A stretch of DNA of 64,000 nt, taken from positions 334,614,001-334,678,000 of the forward strand of contig OZ024742.1 of NCBI GenBank assembly GCA_964016885.1. Direction: 5' to 3'. Shown piece by piece: positions 38,430-51,817 of the stretch (the first letter of the stretch is position 1; the number at the start of each line of letters is the position of its first letter). Source of the stretch: Eledone cirrhosa. Taxonomy: Eukaryota. The translations under genes and the position numbers were made by a program. The notes under the pieces were generated by a model. The model saw only the letters and a program-made list of their open reading frames with translations, did not search any database and was not told the origin of the DNA.

Positions 38430-41400
38430 GTTTTCTTTATTAACCACAAGGGTTTACATAAAGTAGACATTAAGGACAGTACAGGACAATACAGGACGGT
38501 ACAAATGGGCATTTCTGCGTGTAAAAAAAAACAGAGGATGAAATAAAATAACAAAGAAAAATTCCCCAATAGGGGGGAGACTTCCGAGGGACATTTGTAG
38601 AGAAAGCCCATTAAAAGACCACAGTGACCCTGACCACCAGGGCAAGTGCCCTTTCACAGTTTTCCACCCTTAATTTACAGACACATACTCAGAGAAGGCC
38701 CATTAATTCGGGACATACTTGCTTCTCTCACCCATCTTTCAACAAAATGCTGGGAAGAGAGCACTTCCCTCTCTACCCTGATTTTCCTTTTCAAATGAAA
38801 TTTGAAAAAGTTAATCAGGGCATCACCGAAGAGGTAAGTGCTCGTCTTCAGCCCTTTCAAACGTGTCCACCATACTATCTCTTTCGCCATGGCCACCAGA
38901 AAGATAAAAACTGCCTGCCCTTCCCGACTAAAGGAAGAGGGCGGGGCAATCCTCACGATGGACTCAGCTGATAGCAGGTGTTCGACATAAACCCACAAGT
39001 CAGCAATGCTCGGACACTGGACGAGTGCGTGCAGGCACGGTTTCGTCGCCCTGCGCGCATCTCGGACATGCCCGGCTGACGGCACCTCCATGCCTGTAGA
39101 GTTTATCCCGAACTGGTAAAGCTCCTCGGTAGCACTGCCAGGTCAGGGATTTCTGGAAGTTGTCCATAGGCCCCGGCCCGAAAGTCCTTCCGAAGAGATT
39201 GGCTAGTTGATTTTCGTCGACGCCTAGAGTTTCTCCAAGTACGTCGTCGCTCTTCCCCTCCACTAATCCTCTATAGAACGCCGCGGTGGAGTTTCCACCG
39301 ATCACATTGCCCGATTGGTCGAGGGCTGTGAGCGCCTGAAGACATTCCAGTCTCCAGGCGCTCCCTCTCGGTCTTCGCTTGACCCAGGACTACAGCTCCG
39401 TCAAGGAAACGAGCTGGGGAAATACGTGTCTAGCAAACGGCGACCACACCTGATCACCATCGAGGAAGAGGTGGAGATGTCGTAGCCTGAGCGCGTGTCT
39501 GCGCATCATCAGCCACGGCATGCCCAGCCCTCCACGTAGCGGGTGTTGACAGCAGATGGACCGCCTGACCATCGAAGCGCGTCCCTTCCACAAAAAGCGA
39601 AAGAGCAAACGCTCCAGCGCAGTCAGGCGAGGCTTAGGACAAGGTACGACGGTCAGGCGGTAGCAGATGACAGACGCGATGTACGCGTTAGCCACCTCCG
39701 CTCGATCTTTCAGGGATAGCTTCCTCTCGCCCCATTTCTGGGTGAGAGAAGCCACCCTGCTCGTCCCCTCGTCCCAGTTTTTGTCCGTCTGGAGGTCCGG
39801 ACCAAACCAGACCCCTAGCAATTTAAACGGTCCGTCCTTCCAGCGTCCGACGACGCTGTTGGACGGCATGGACCTGCCTCTCCAGGTGCCGAGCTGCAGG
39901 CCCACTGACTTTTCCTGGTTGATCATTGCTCCTGTCACCGCTTCGTATTCTCTTACAGAAGTGCCGATCGCCTCGATGTGTTTGGCGTTCGACACCACTA
40001 CGGTGACATCGTCCGCACATGCTGACACGGATCTTCCGCATCCTAGTTCGCGCGGGACGCCCCTCAGCGTCTCCAGTTTGTGCAGTAATGGCTCGAGAGT
40101 CAATACGTACAAGAGGGACGAGAGGGGACATCCTTGGCGGACCGAGCGCATGATGTTGAACGGTTCCGACAGGTGACCGTTCACTCTCACCACAGAGCAG
40201 ATGTCGCTGTGCATGGAAGCGATCCAGCCTCTGAAGACGGGCCCAAAGCCAGCCGCTTTCAGGACTGCCGCTAGGTAACGATGGTCGACGCTATCGAAAG
40301 CATTCGACTGATCTAAATTGATCAAGGACCCACCCGTGCCAGGTTCCTTAGCTAACCTCTCTACGATGTATCGCATGAGGTGGAGGTTGTCGTGGATGGA
40401 TCTGTCGGGAATGGCGCATGTCTGCGCCTCTCCCACCAGACCACCAACGACAAGCGCCAACCTCTTTGCTAGCACTTTAGCCAAAATCTTGAACTCTGTG
40501 TTTAGCAGAGATATGGGCCGGAAATTATCTATGTTATCCCCCTTGTTCGGATCCTTTCTCATCAGTGCCACCGCTCCTCGGCTCACAGAACTGGGAATTC
40601 TCCCGTTCTGTTGCCAGTTGCAGTAGACGTCCGCCAAGAGGCCTCCGAACAAGTCTGGCATCTGTACGTAAAGTTCATAGGGCAGACCATCCAAACCAGG
40701 CGATTTACCCCTTGTGCAGCAAGTCATTGCCTCCCTTACTTCAGCGGCTGTTATCGGCTTTTCGCAACACTTCGCCTCAGTGGCCGAGAACCGCGGCAGT
40801 CCGTCGAGGTAGACACTAAATTCCATCCCTCGACCCGGCCCGCCACTGCCCCCGAACAGCTGAGCGAAGTGTCGCTGAAAAGCTTCACACATTTGCCCGG
40901 GATCGAGTAGCATGCGCCCGTCGTGGTCCACCAAAGACCGGATCGTGGCTTTGTTGCCACGATGCGCCTCCGCCACTCGGGCCCATTGAACGGCTTTCGT
41001 CCCCTCGTGTCTGAGAGCACGCACCCGAGCTCTGAAAACGCAGCCTTCGTGCTTTGCATTGAAGAATTGGTCAAGGGCCAATTTCGCCGCAAGCACGTCG
41101 GTCGCAATACCTTTGCTAAGCGCCTCGTCTAATTTTCTAACTAGTTCTACCTCTGCTCTATTTTTCTCTATTGCTAAAGCCTTACTAAACCTAATGGATT
41201 CTATTCTAATCGCTCTTTTCAGAGCAAACCACCACTTGTTGTTGACGATGGCCCCCGTCAACGCCCGCTTAACTAGTTCGCTAATCCGGTCTCTGTAGGC
41301 CTTGCGCGCTGGTAAGGACGCGTTTAGATTCCAATAGCCGGGTCCTCGTCTATGAAGCCTATCTAAGTCAAGCACACAGATCACGAATTTGTGGTCCGTG

Positions 41401-44247
41401 TAGCTGACTATCTTGAATTGTGGACAGCCTATGCTAGACCTATCTATTTCCCTACAAAATACTCTATCTAGATATGATCTGGATGAACCTATGCGATTTG
41501 TCCAAGTCCACATTGGCGCATTCGGGGAATCCAATCGGTACCTGTCAGACAAACAAAACGCCTGAGCAGGTTGGTGAGGCTCTTGCACCCTCCACCCCTA
41601 TCCGCTAATCCCACACAGTCCCAGCGTGCATCTAAGATCCCGTTCCAGTCGCCCACTAACACTAAAGAGCGGGACGTTCCAAGAAAGGTCTCCAGACGCC
41701 GGAAGAAATCAGGCCGCCCTGCTCCTGTCGGGGCATAGACGGCCACTAGCCTGAAAGCTTGCCCGTCTCCGCTGGTCACGTCCAGCACCACCAGCTTACC
41801 CTCTGGGTCCAGGAAGATGGCCCGTATGGCGAGATCCAAACCTCTCCGAAAAAGCACAGCAACTCCTCCCCCCGATCCAGGACGGCTGGGAGATGCGTAC
41901 ACATCGTAGCCGCCGAAGATCGGTGCGAAGGCTCGTGCTTCGGAGATTCTGGTCTCGCTGATGGCCACTACATCTATGTTTAGTGACCTGAGGTCGTTGA
42001 GCGGGTGACCCTGCTTCCATGACGACCCCAAGCCACGCGCATTTATGCTGCCTATTCTGAGTGAGGTCATGTTGAAAAGGATTGGAAAAGATGGGAAAGA
42101 CCACTTACCTTACTTCTCGTATGGGAAGGACGGTTTTTCCATCCTTTTCACTGCTTGTGGCCTCCTCAGGAAGGATGTCCTTATAAATCCTCCTGGAGAG
42201 TGCTTGTCGGAAGTCTCCGATGTCTTTGGGGAATTTTTGTTTTAGTGTCATGTACGTTTTCTGTGTGATGCGAGTGATTTGTATGTGTGGAGGTGGTGTG
42301 AATTTTGGGGTTGTTGTGTAGTCTTTTTCTGTGATGCTGGTGTTGTTGGATGTAGTGTAATAATTGCTTGTTGTTCAAATTTAATGCTGTGTAGTGTGTA
42401 TCGTTTTGGTTGTTTTGTTTTGTTTGCGTTTGTTGTGGGTTTGTTTCTGTTTCGCATTTTGGTGACTTTTGTGGTGTAGGTGATGGTGGTGTTGGAGTTA
42501 ATGATGGTGATGGTGTTGGTGTTTGGGTTGATGGGGTTGGTGATGCTGGTGTGGATGGTGGCATATCTGTCCTAACTTTTTTGTTTCTTAGTTTATTTGT
42601 TTTTTGGTTTCTTTTTTTTTCCGGATATCGTTTCCCACTCCTCGTCGTCACAATCTGTCTCCAGTTGTGATAGGCCGGGGAGTGGAAAATCCTCCACAGC
42701 CGTTAGTTTTGGTTGTGGTGTGGTGGATGGTGTAGGCGCTGGTGCTAGTTCTGAAGCGTTGGGTGGTGGTGGTGTTGGTTTTGCTGGTGGTGGTAGTGGT
42801 GTTGGTTTTGCTACTGTTGCTGGGGTTGTTGCTGTTATAGTTGCTTCTGTTGTTGCTGCTACAGTTGTTGTTGCCATCTCTGCTACTGGTGGTGTTGATG
42901 GTTGTGTCACTGGGGTGGGTAGGAGAGGTGGCCTCAACCTTTTAGCCTGAGGGCAGAAAGCCCTTAGGTGGGTTCCTTCACCACAAACGACACACCTAGG
43001 TCTTCTGCCCTCGACAATTACCGTGAGGTGGCTGCCGTCAGTGAGGTCTATTACCTCTGGGATCTCCTCAATGCTTTTTTGGTCCGCTTGGATTAGGAGC
43101 TCCATCCCAGATCCGGACCAGTTTTCCTGCTTTTCTTTTGCTATTGCTATTATTTTCGTGTTGCTTCGATGCCGGCGAGGACAGCCGCTATTAGCCAGGG
43201 AATTTCGATGGCCGGTGGAACGTGGGTCACCCTGATCTTTACGAGTCTCTGGCCACAATAGCTTGGGACGAGTGTGAAGTCGTCACTTTTTAATGGGGCC
43301 ATGGAGTGTTCTCTAGCCTCCTCTGGTGTTTCAAAGAACACATCCACGGTTCCATACTTTTGCCCACGTCTGATGTGGGTTTTTCTTGCCCACACATGTC
43401 CCAAAGCTTTTTGGATTTGGGACTCGGATGCCCGTTCCACTCGGCGCGATTTTACATTTATTGTTCTATACGACACGGTGCATAGGCGCCGATGCTCCAT
43501 TTTATTAGGTGGGGGGTGAGGCTGACCCTGTACCCATCTTTCTTTACCATTTGTTTGGCATTTTCTAAATCCTCCTGAGTTACCGTATAATCTTCGAACT
43601 GTTTTGCTACTCTGGCGAAACTGAGGGGGGGGATTATAATGTCATTGTTGTTGTTGTTGCTATCGTTAATATTAATTTTAGTTTCAGTTGTGGTGGTGGT
43701 GACGTCATTCGTCTTTGGTGCGGAAGAGTCCATTTTGCTTAATTTCATTTCGACATCACGAGTTAATTTATTTTTTTCTTCTTTTGTTTCTGTTGTCGCG
43801 GTGGTGGTGGGGGTGGGGGTTGTCGCGGTGGTGGTGGTGGTGGTGGAGGCTTTAACACCTGCAGTCATTGGTAATGGCGGGAAATGAATGTCTGCCTGAG
43901 ACAAATTTAAAATATTGCTACTGCTTATATTTTTTTTTGTGTTGGCAAACGTAGTAACATTTACAATGGTGGTGTCGGTGTGAGGTGTTATTTTGTGAGG
44001 AAGGCTTTCAGCTGCTTCGTGCAGAGGGGAATTAGCCATTTTTTTTCAAAGAAATTTTTGGATAATAATAAAAGTTAAAATTGTGGGCACAAGGCCCCAA
44101 TCTTTTTGGGTGTCCTTTTCGGAAAACAATGTATGTGTGTTTATAAACAGTTAACAATAAAATTTTCCATAGATGGCAATTTTTAACAAACGGAAATAAC
44201 AAACCTTTGCGGAGCTCACGATGATACGATTTACTACGTAGGTCGCC
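38430..44247 (-). mobile_element. Tx1/L1-clade LINE copy A: full length, disrupted, with a divergent 5' UTR/ORF1
   Basis: APE and RT frames (42070-38675) closely match copies B-D but have frameshifts, a stop and ACADD in place of AYADD. ORF1 pieces carry the knuckle CVVCGEGTHLRAFC. (AAT)n lies on both sides. Confidence 0.95.
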
Positions 44248-44306
<59 letters not shown>

Positions 44307-44307
<1 letters not shown>

Positions 44308-45543
44308 TGAATACATTCGGAGAGTAAGGAGCGTATTGAAGTCACAACTGAACAGCAGAAATGCCATAAGCGCAGTAAATTCCCGAGCTGTGTCTATTAT
44401 TAGGTACAGTGCGGGAATTCTGAGATGGAATGTTGCTGAACAAAAAGAAATGGATAGGAAGACTAGGAAGCTATTGACTATCTACAACATGTTCCACAAG
44501 AGGAGTGATGTCGATAGACTCTACCTAAGGTGATCTGAGGGTGGAAGAGGTCTTATCAACATAGAGGACTGTGTTCAGATGGAGAAAAACAACCTATCCA
44601 AATACGTGACCTATATTAAGGAGCCAATGCTCAGAACTGTACTGAAGGAGGGGACAGTAGGCCAGGGGATGTCCAAGGAGGAAATAACATCAAGGAGGAA
44701 GAGCAGCCTTAAGGGAAAATCCCTTCATAGTACCTTCTTTGAGAAAACTGAAAATAGAGATCCACAGACATGGAACTGGTTGAGAAGAGGAGACCTCAAA
44801 AAGGCTACAGAAGGAATGCCAATGGCTGCGCTGGAGCAGGCCCTCAAAACGAAGTGGTTGAAGCACCATATTTACAAGGAGGAGGCTAGCCCACTGTGCA
44901 GGATCTGCGGAGAGAGAGAGGAGACTGTGGCTCACATTGTGTCCGAGTGTAAACACCTAGCCCAGACCCACTATAAGGGCTTGAGACACGATGTGATGGG
45001 CAGGGTGATCCACTGGCACCTGTGCAAAGTAAACAATTTACCACATTCTGAGAAATGGTATGAGCATAGGCCAGAGGCGGTGATGGAGAACAATCAGGTG
45101 AAGGTGCTGTGGGATTTTAGGATACAGACGGACAAAAAACTGGAACACAATAGACCTGACCTGGTGGTTGTGGACAAAGAAAAAAGATCGTGTCTGATTG
45201 TGGATGTGGCCTGCCCGTTCGACACGAGAGTGCAAGAGAAGGAGAGGGAGAAAATTAACCGATACCAGGACCTAAAGTGGGAGGTGAAAAGGATTTGGAA
45301 CTGCCATGAAGTCAAAGTGATCCCGATTGTCATAGGCGCACTGGGGACTATCTCCAAAAGTTTCCAGGGATGGTTAAAGAAAATCGGCCCCTTCACGCTT
45401 TTTGGAACGCTTCAAAAGGCATGCTTGCTTGGAACAGCAAGAACCCTCCGATACGTCCTGAATATCTGAGGCTGCAGGTAGTGGCTTGATATTCAATCCA
45501 ACGGACTTTCCAGTTAACCAACATCAATGACTGAGATTCAAGG
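44307..45543 (+). mobile_element. 5'-truncated Dong/R4-clade non-LTR retrotransposon (RT end, CCHC finger, restriction-like endonuclease)
   Basis: DRKTRKLLT..SDVDRLYL..GGRGL, CRICGEREETVAHIVSEC, RHD, LWDF.IQTD..HNRPDL...IVDVACPFD..KE.EKI.RY. It has a stop at 44531 and is inserted in (AAT)n. Confidence 0.92.
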
Positions 45544-45552
45544 AATAACAAC

Positions 45553-45594
<42 letters not shown>

Positions 45595-45595
<1 letters not shown>

Positions 45596-45701
45596 GCAAG
45601 AACCCTCCGATACGTCCTGAATATCTGAGGCTGCAGGTAGTGGCTTGATATTCATTCCAACGGACTTTCCAGTTAACCAACATCAATGACTGAGATTCAA
45701 G

Positions 45702-45702
<1 letters not shown>
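45595..45702 (+). mobile_element. Second 108-bp 3'-end-only copy of the Dong/R4 element
   Basis: Nearly identical to 45436-45543, with (AAT)n on both sides. Confidence 0.9.
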
Positions 45703-45768
<66 letters not shown>

Positions 45769-45770
<2 letters not shown>

Positions 45771-48700
45771 TTTCTTTATTAACCACAAGGGTTTACATAA
45801 AGTAGACATTAAGGACAGTGCAGGACAATGCAGGACGGTACAAATGGGCATTTTTGCGTGTAAAAAAACAAAAACAGAGGATGTAACAAAAATAACAATG
45901 AAAATAACAATGAAAAAATTCCCCAATAGGGGGGAGACTTCGGAGGGACATTTGTGGAGAAAGCCCAGTAAAAAGCCACAATGACCCTGACCACCAAGGC
46001 AAGTGCCCTCTCCCAGTTTTCCACCTTTAGTTTACAGATATATACTCAGAGTCGGCCCATTCACTCGGGCCATTCTTGCTTCTCTCACCCATCTTTCAAC
46101 AAAATGCTGGGAAAAGAGCACTTCCTTCTCTACTCTGATTTTCCTTTTCAAATGAAATTTGAAAAAGTCAATCAGAGCATCACCGAAGAGGTAAGTGCTC
46201 GTCTTCAGCCCTTTCAAACGTGTCCACCATACTATCTCTTTCGCCATGGCCACCAGACAGATAAAAACTGCCTGCCCTTCCCGGCTAAAGGAGGAGGGCG
46301 GGGCAATCCTCACGATAGACTCAGATGATAGCTGGATCCGTCCTAAACGCGACAGCAGGTGTTCGACATAAACCCACAAGTCAGCAATTTTCGGACACTG
46401 GACGAGTGCGTGCAGGACGGTTTCGTCGCCCTGCGCGCATCTCGGACATGCCCGGCTGACGGCACCTCCATGCCTGTAGAGTTTATCCCGAACTGGCAAG
46501 GCTCCTCGGTAGCACTGCCAGGCCAGAGATTTCTGGAAATTGTCCATAGGCCCTGGCCCGAAAGTTCTTCCGAAGAGATTGGCTAGTTGATTTTCGTGGA
46601 CGCCTAGAGTTTCCCCAAGTACGTCGTCGCTCTTACCCTCCACTAATCCTCTATAGAACGCCGAGGTGGAGTTTCCACCGATCACATTGCCCGATTGGTC
46701 GAGGGCTGTGAGCGCCTGAAGACATTCCAGTCTCCAGGCGCTCCCTCTCGGTCTTCGCTTGACCCAGGACTGCAGCTCCGTCAAGGAAACGAGCTGGGGA
46801 AACACGCGTCTAGCAAACGGCGACCACACCTGATCACCGTCGAGGAAGAGGTGGAGATGTCGTAGCCTGAGCGCGTGCCTGCGCATCATCAGCCACGGCA
46901 TGCCCAGCCCTCCACGTAGCGGGTGTTGACAACAGATGGACCGCCTGACCATCGGAGCGCGTCCCTTCCACAAAAAGCGAAAGAGCAAACGCTCCAGCAC
47001 AGTCAGGCGAGGCTTAGGACAAGGTACGACGGTCAGGCGGTAGCAGATGACGGACGCGATGTACGCGTTAGCCACCTCCGCTCGACCTTTCAGGGATAGC
47101 TTCCTCTCGGCCCATTTCTGGGTGAGAGAAGCCACCCTGCTCGTCACCTCGTCCCAGTTTTTGTCCGTCTGGAGGTCCGGACCGAACCAGACCCCTAGCA
47201 ATTTAACCGGTCCGTCCGTCCAGCGTCCGACGACGCTGTTGGACGGCATGGACCTGCCTCTCCAGGTGCCGAGCTGCAGGCCCACTGACTTTTCCTGGTT
47301 GATCATTGATCCTGTCACCGCTTCGTATTCTCTTAGTGTAGTGCCGATCGCCTCGATGTGTTTGGCGTTCGACACCACTACGGTAACATCGTCCGCATAT
47401 GCTGATACGGATCTTCCGCATCCTAGTTCGCGCGGGACCCCCCTCAACGTCTCCAGTTTGTGCAGTAATGGCTCGAGAGTCAATACGTACAAGAGGGACG
47501 AGAGGGGACATCCTTGGCGGACCGAGCGCATGATGTTGAACGGTTCCGATAGGTGACCGTTCACTCTCACCACAGAGCAGATGTCGCTGTGCATGGCAGC
47601 GATCCAGCCTCTGAAGACGGGCCCAAAGCCAGCCGCCCTCAGGACTGCCGCTAGGTAACGATGGTCGACCCTATCGAAAGCTTTCGACTGATCTAAATTG
47701 ATCAAGGACCCACCCGTGCCAGGTTCCCTAGCTACCCTCTCTACGATGTATCGCATGAGGTGGAGGTTGTCGTGGATGGATCTGTCGGGAATGGCGCATG
47801 TCTGCGCCTCTCCCACCAGACCACCAACGACAAGCGCCAACCTCTTTGCTAGCACCTTGGCCAAAATCTTAAACTCTGTGTTTAGCAGAGTTATGGGCCG
47901 GAAATTGTCTATGTTATCCCCCTTGTTCGGATCCTTTCTCAGCAGTGCCACCGCTCCTCGGCTCACAGAACTGGGAATTCTCCCGTTCTGTTGCCAGTTG
48001 CAGTAGACGTCCGCCAAGAGGCCTCCGAACAAGTCTGGCATCTGTACGTAAAGTTCATAGGGCAGACCATCCAAACCAGGCGATTTACCCCTTGTGCAGC
48101 CAGTCATTGCCTCCCGTACTTCAGCGGCTGTTATCGGCTTTTCGCAACACTTCGCCTCAGTGGCCGAGAGCCGCGGCAGTCCGTCGAGGTAGACACTAAA
48201 GTCCATCCCTCTACCCGGCCCCCCGCTGCCCCCGAACAGCTGAGCGAAGTGTCGCTGAAAAGCTTCACACATTTGCCCGGGATCGAGTAGCATGCGCCCG
48301 TCGTGGTCCACCAAAGACCGGATCGTGGCTTTGTTGCCACGACGCGCCTCCGCCACTCGGGCCCATTGAACGGCTTTCGTCCCCTCGTGTCTGAGAGCAC
48401 GCACCCTAGCTCTGACAACGCAGCCTTCGTGCTTTGCATTGAAGAATTGGTCAAGGGCCAATTTCGCCGCAAGCACGTCGGTCGCAATGCCTTTGCTAAG
48501 CGCCTCGTCTAATTTTGTTAACTAGTTCTCCCTCTGCTCTATTTTTCTCTATTGCTAAAGCCTTACTAAACCTAATCGATTCTATTCTAATCGCTCTTTT
48601 CAGAGCAAACCACCACTTGTTGTTGACGATGGCCCCCGTCAACGCCCGCTTAACTAGTTCGCTAATCCGGTCTCTGTAGGCCTTGCGCGCTGGTAAGGAC

Positions 48701-51700
48701 GCGTTTAGCTTCCAGTAGCCGGGTCCTCGTCTATGAAGCCTATCTAAGTCAAGCACACAGGTCACGAATTTGTGGTCCGTGTAGCTGACTATCTTGAATT
48801 GTGGACAGCCTATGCTAGACCTATCTATTTCCCTACAAAATACTCTATCTAGATATGATCTGGATGACCCTATGCGGTTTGTCCAAGTCCACATTGGCAC
48901 ATTCGGGAAATCCAATCGGTACCTGTCAGACAGTTCAAAACGCCTGAGCAGGTTGGTGAGGCTCTTGCATCCTCCACCCCTATCCGCTAATCCCACACAG
49001 TCCCAGCGTGCATCTAAGATCCCGTTCCAGTCGCCCACTAACACTAAAGAGCGGGACGTTCCAAGAAAGGTCTCCAGACGCCGGAAGAAATCAGGCCGCC
49101 CTGCTCCTGTCGGGGCATAGACGGCCACTAGCCTGAAAGCTTGCCCGTCTCCGCTGGTCACGTCCAGCACCACCAGCTTACCCTCTGGGTCCAGGAAGAT
49201 GGCCCGTATGGCGAGATCCAAACCTCTCCGAAAAAGCACAGCAACTCCTCCACCCGATCCAGGACGGCTGGGAGATGCGTACACATCGTAGCCGCCGAAG
49301 ATCGGTGCGAAGGCCCGTGCTTCGGAGATTCTGGTCTCGCTGATGGCCACTACATCTATGTTTAGTGACCTGAGGTCGTTGAGCAGGTGACCCTGCTTCC
49401 ATGACGACCCCAAGCCACGCGCATTTATGCTGCCTATTCTGAGTGAGGTCATGTTTAAAATAGAGTGGAAAAGATGGGAAAGACCACTTACCGTACTTTT
49501 GGTAGAGGAGGGATGGTTTTTACATCCCTTTTCACTTGATCGTCTGGTGAAGGGACCGTTGAATCGTCCCTTCGGCTGGTCGTCGGCTCTTCTAAGAGAA
49601 TGTCTGAATATACTCTTCGATTGATGGTTCCTCCTAGGTCCCTGAAATCACCAACTGCGTTGGGGAATTTCGTTTTAATGTTTGTGTATTGTTTCTGTGC
49701 TATTTTTAGCAGTCTTATGTTAGTTGGCGTTTTGATTGGTGCTGGTATTATGTAGTCCTGTTGTGAAATGTCTGTGTGTTCAATTATGTAAGTCATTAGT
49801 TTCTTGTTGTGTGTGTTTATTGCCGTGCATTTGTTTTTCTGGGGGTGGGGTGTGGTTCTGCTATTTTCTTGTCGTTGTTGCTGGGTGTGTGTGTTTTGTT
49901 GTTGTGTTTGCGATGTTGGTGCTTGTGGTGGTGGTGTTGAAGGTGTTGTTGGCGGTGGGATTGTCGCCGGTGGTGATGGTGGTGCTGGTGTGGGTGGTGA
50001 TGGTGTTGGTGGTGTTGCTGCTGTGGGTCTCTTTGCAGTAGACTTTACCCTTTTCTCATTTCTTTCCTCCCTTTTCAAAGGCGACGATGCGCTGCTTCTG
50101 CGTTTGTGCCTTCTTGCGACCTTTTGCCATCCCTCTCCTACCTCACACTCCATGTCTGATTCTGTAAGGTCGGGGAGGGGTACCAGCTCCACTCTTTCAC
50201 TTGTTGTTGTTGGTGATGTTTGCACTGGAGTCTCTGTTGCAGCTGCATTTAGTATTGCTGTTGTTGTTGTTAATATTTCCACTGCTGCTGCTGTCTTTGA
50301 TTTCCGTGGAGTGGGTATGGGTGCCACGGGCCTATCGTTCCTGGTTGCCGCTTGTCCTGTTGCTGGTAGCCGTGGAGCCGGATTCGGAAGGAGGGGGGTT
50401 TTCTCCTTTCTCAGGGTCTTCTCGTTGCAGAAGGCCCTGAGGTGAGTCTTCGATCCACAGCGAAAGCATTTCGGGCGTTTGCCCTCAACACTTATGGGCA
50501 GTTGAGTGCCGTTATCGAAGTCTATCACATCCGGGATAGCTTCGATGCACTCCTGGTTGGTTTGGATTAGCATCTCAATGGAGGAGCCGACCCAATCTTC
50601 TCTTAATTTTTTCTGTACTTGCAGTACAGTTGTTTTGTCCTCGATTCCGACGAGGACAGACGCGGCCAGCCAAGAAGGGGTCATTCCGGGGGGGGGGGGG
50701 ACGTGTGTCAGTTTGACCCTCACAATTTTTTGCCCGCAGTAGGAGGGCACCAACACCATTTCCTCGCTCCTTAGGGTCACTACTGATTGGGCCTTTGCCT
50801 CCTGGGGTGTGGCAAAAAGTACGTCTACGGTGGCGTATTTTTTGCCTCGGGTGATGTGCGTTTTCCTCTGCCACACAGACCCCAAGGCTTTTTGTATTTG
50901 GGCCTCTGTGGCTCTTTCCACCCTACGGGATTTTGTACTTACTGTACGGTACGTGACCGTACAGTGCTCTTGGGTTTCGAAAAATTTTTTCGCTGCCTTG
51001 CAGATTGCTCGGTGTCCGTTCTTTGTCACCATCTTCTTCGCTTCCTCTAATTCCTCATTTGTTATGAGGATTGTTTCCAAGTTTTTCGCAATACCTGCAA
51101 ATGAGATTGGTTTTTCTCTGCTGTTGTTGCTGTCGTCAGAGCTGCTGGTACTTTTGTTGCTGCAGGTACTACGACTACTGCCTCCGCCGCTGTTGCTGTG
51201 GTTGTTGTTGGTGTTGCTGCTGCTAATGCTGTTGTTGTTTATGCTGCTGGTGATGCTGTTGCGGCTGCTACTGTTGTTTTCATTGTCACTGTTGCTGTTG
51301 TTATTACGGCTGCTACTGCTATTATTCCTGACGTCAGACGAATGAACTGGGTTTTCGTATTTCCCGCACACCTGTTTCGTCGCTGTCGTCGTCGTGGAGA
51401 AACCTTGCACGCTTTGCACGAGACTTTTCTTTTCTTTCGTCACTTGCGAAAGAGAAGGGAGGGAGAGAGACACATTTAAAGAAGGGAGGGAGAGAGACAA
51501 TCTTCTCTCTGCTGTAGTGATGATTGAGGAAGAAGAAGGCGGAATGAGTGGGAGTGACGTATGAAATTTCTTTTTCGTAGCCATGTTGTTTTTTGTTTAA
51601 AATGAAATTTTGGGTACAAAACCCCAATAACTGGTTATTTAACCCCGAAGGGCCAAATAACAGACAGAAAGACCCCTCTCACGAGGAGGAGGGTGTCTTT

Positions 51701-51799
51701 ATCAACAATTTGGTTCAAGTTTTAAATAATTTACAATTGTTTTAACGGTTAAAAATTACTATACCTTACAGAGCCGAGCCTCCGTCAACCATGGCATTC
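45769..51799 (-). mobile_element. Tx1/L1-clade LINE copy B (ORF1 open, ORF2 frameshifted near 48515)
   Basis: ORF1 51584-49488. ORF2 49452-46032 is split into two frames. Confidence 0.96.
49488..51584 (-). CDS. Tx1-type ORF1 (gag-like nucleic-acid-binding protein with a CCHC zinc knuckle)
   Basis: CFRCGSKTHLRAFC knuckle, SFAGIA motif, N/S- and P/T-rich low-complexity segments, directly upstream of ORF2. Confidence 0.88.
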   Translation of the reverse strand: MATKKKFHTSLPLIPPSSSSIITTAERRLSLSLPSLNVSLSLPSLSQVTKEKKSLVQSVQGFSTTTTATKQVCGKYENPVHSSDVRNNSSSSRNNNSNSDNENNSSSRNSITSSINNNSISSSNTNNNHSNSGGGSSRSTCSNKSTSSSDDSNNSREKPISFAGIAKNLETILITNEELEEAKKMVTKNGHRAICKAAKKFFETQEHCTVTYRTVSTKSRRVERATEAQIQKALGSVWQRKTHITRGKKYATVDVLFATPQEAKAQSVVTLRSEEMVLVPSYCGQKIVRVKLTHVPPPPGMTPSWLAASVLVGIEDKTTVLQVQKKLREDWVGSSIEMLIQTNQECIEAIPDVIDFDNGTQLPISVEGKRPKCFRCGSKTHLRAFCNEKTLRKEKTPLLPNPAPRLPATGQAATRNDRPVAPIPTPRKSKTAAAVEILTTTTAILNAAATETPVQTSPTTTSERVELVPLPDLTESDMECEVGEGWQKVARRHKRRSSASSPLKREERNEKRVKSTAKRPTAATPPTPSPPTPAPPSPPATIPPPTTPSTPPPQAPTSQTQQQNTHTQQQRQENSRTTPHPQKNKCTAINTHNKKLMTYIIEHTDISQQDYIIPAPIKTPTNIRLLKIAQKQYTNIKTKFPNAVGDFRDLGGTINRRVYSDILLEEPTTSRRDDSTVPSPDDQVKRDVKTIPPLPKVR

Positions 51800-51817
51800 A
51801 ATAATAATAATAATAAT

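Noticed and set aside
51760-51799. GC-rich 5' end of the Tx1 copies as an HDV-like ribozyme or snRNA target fragment
   Set aside because: I could not build the nested pseudoknot or recognise an snRNA, tRNA or rRNA match by eye.
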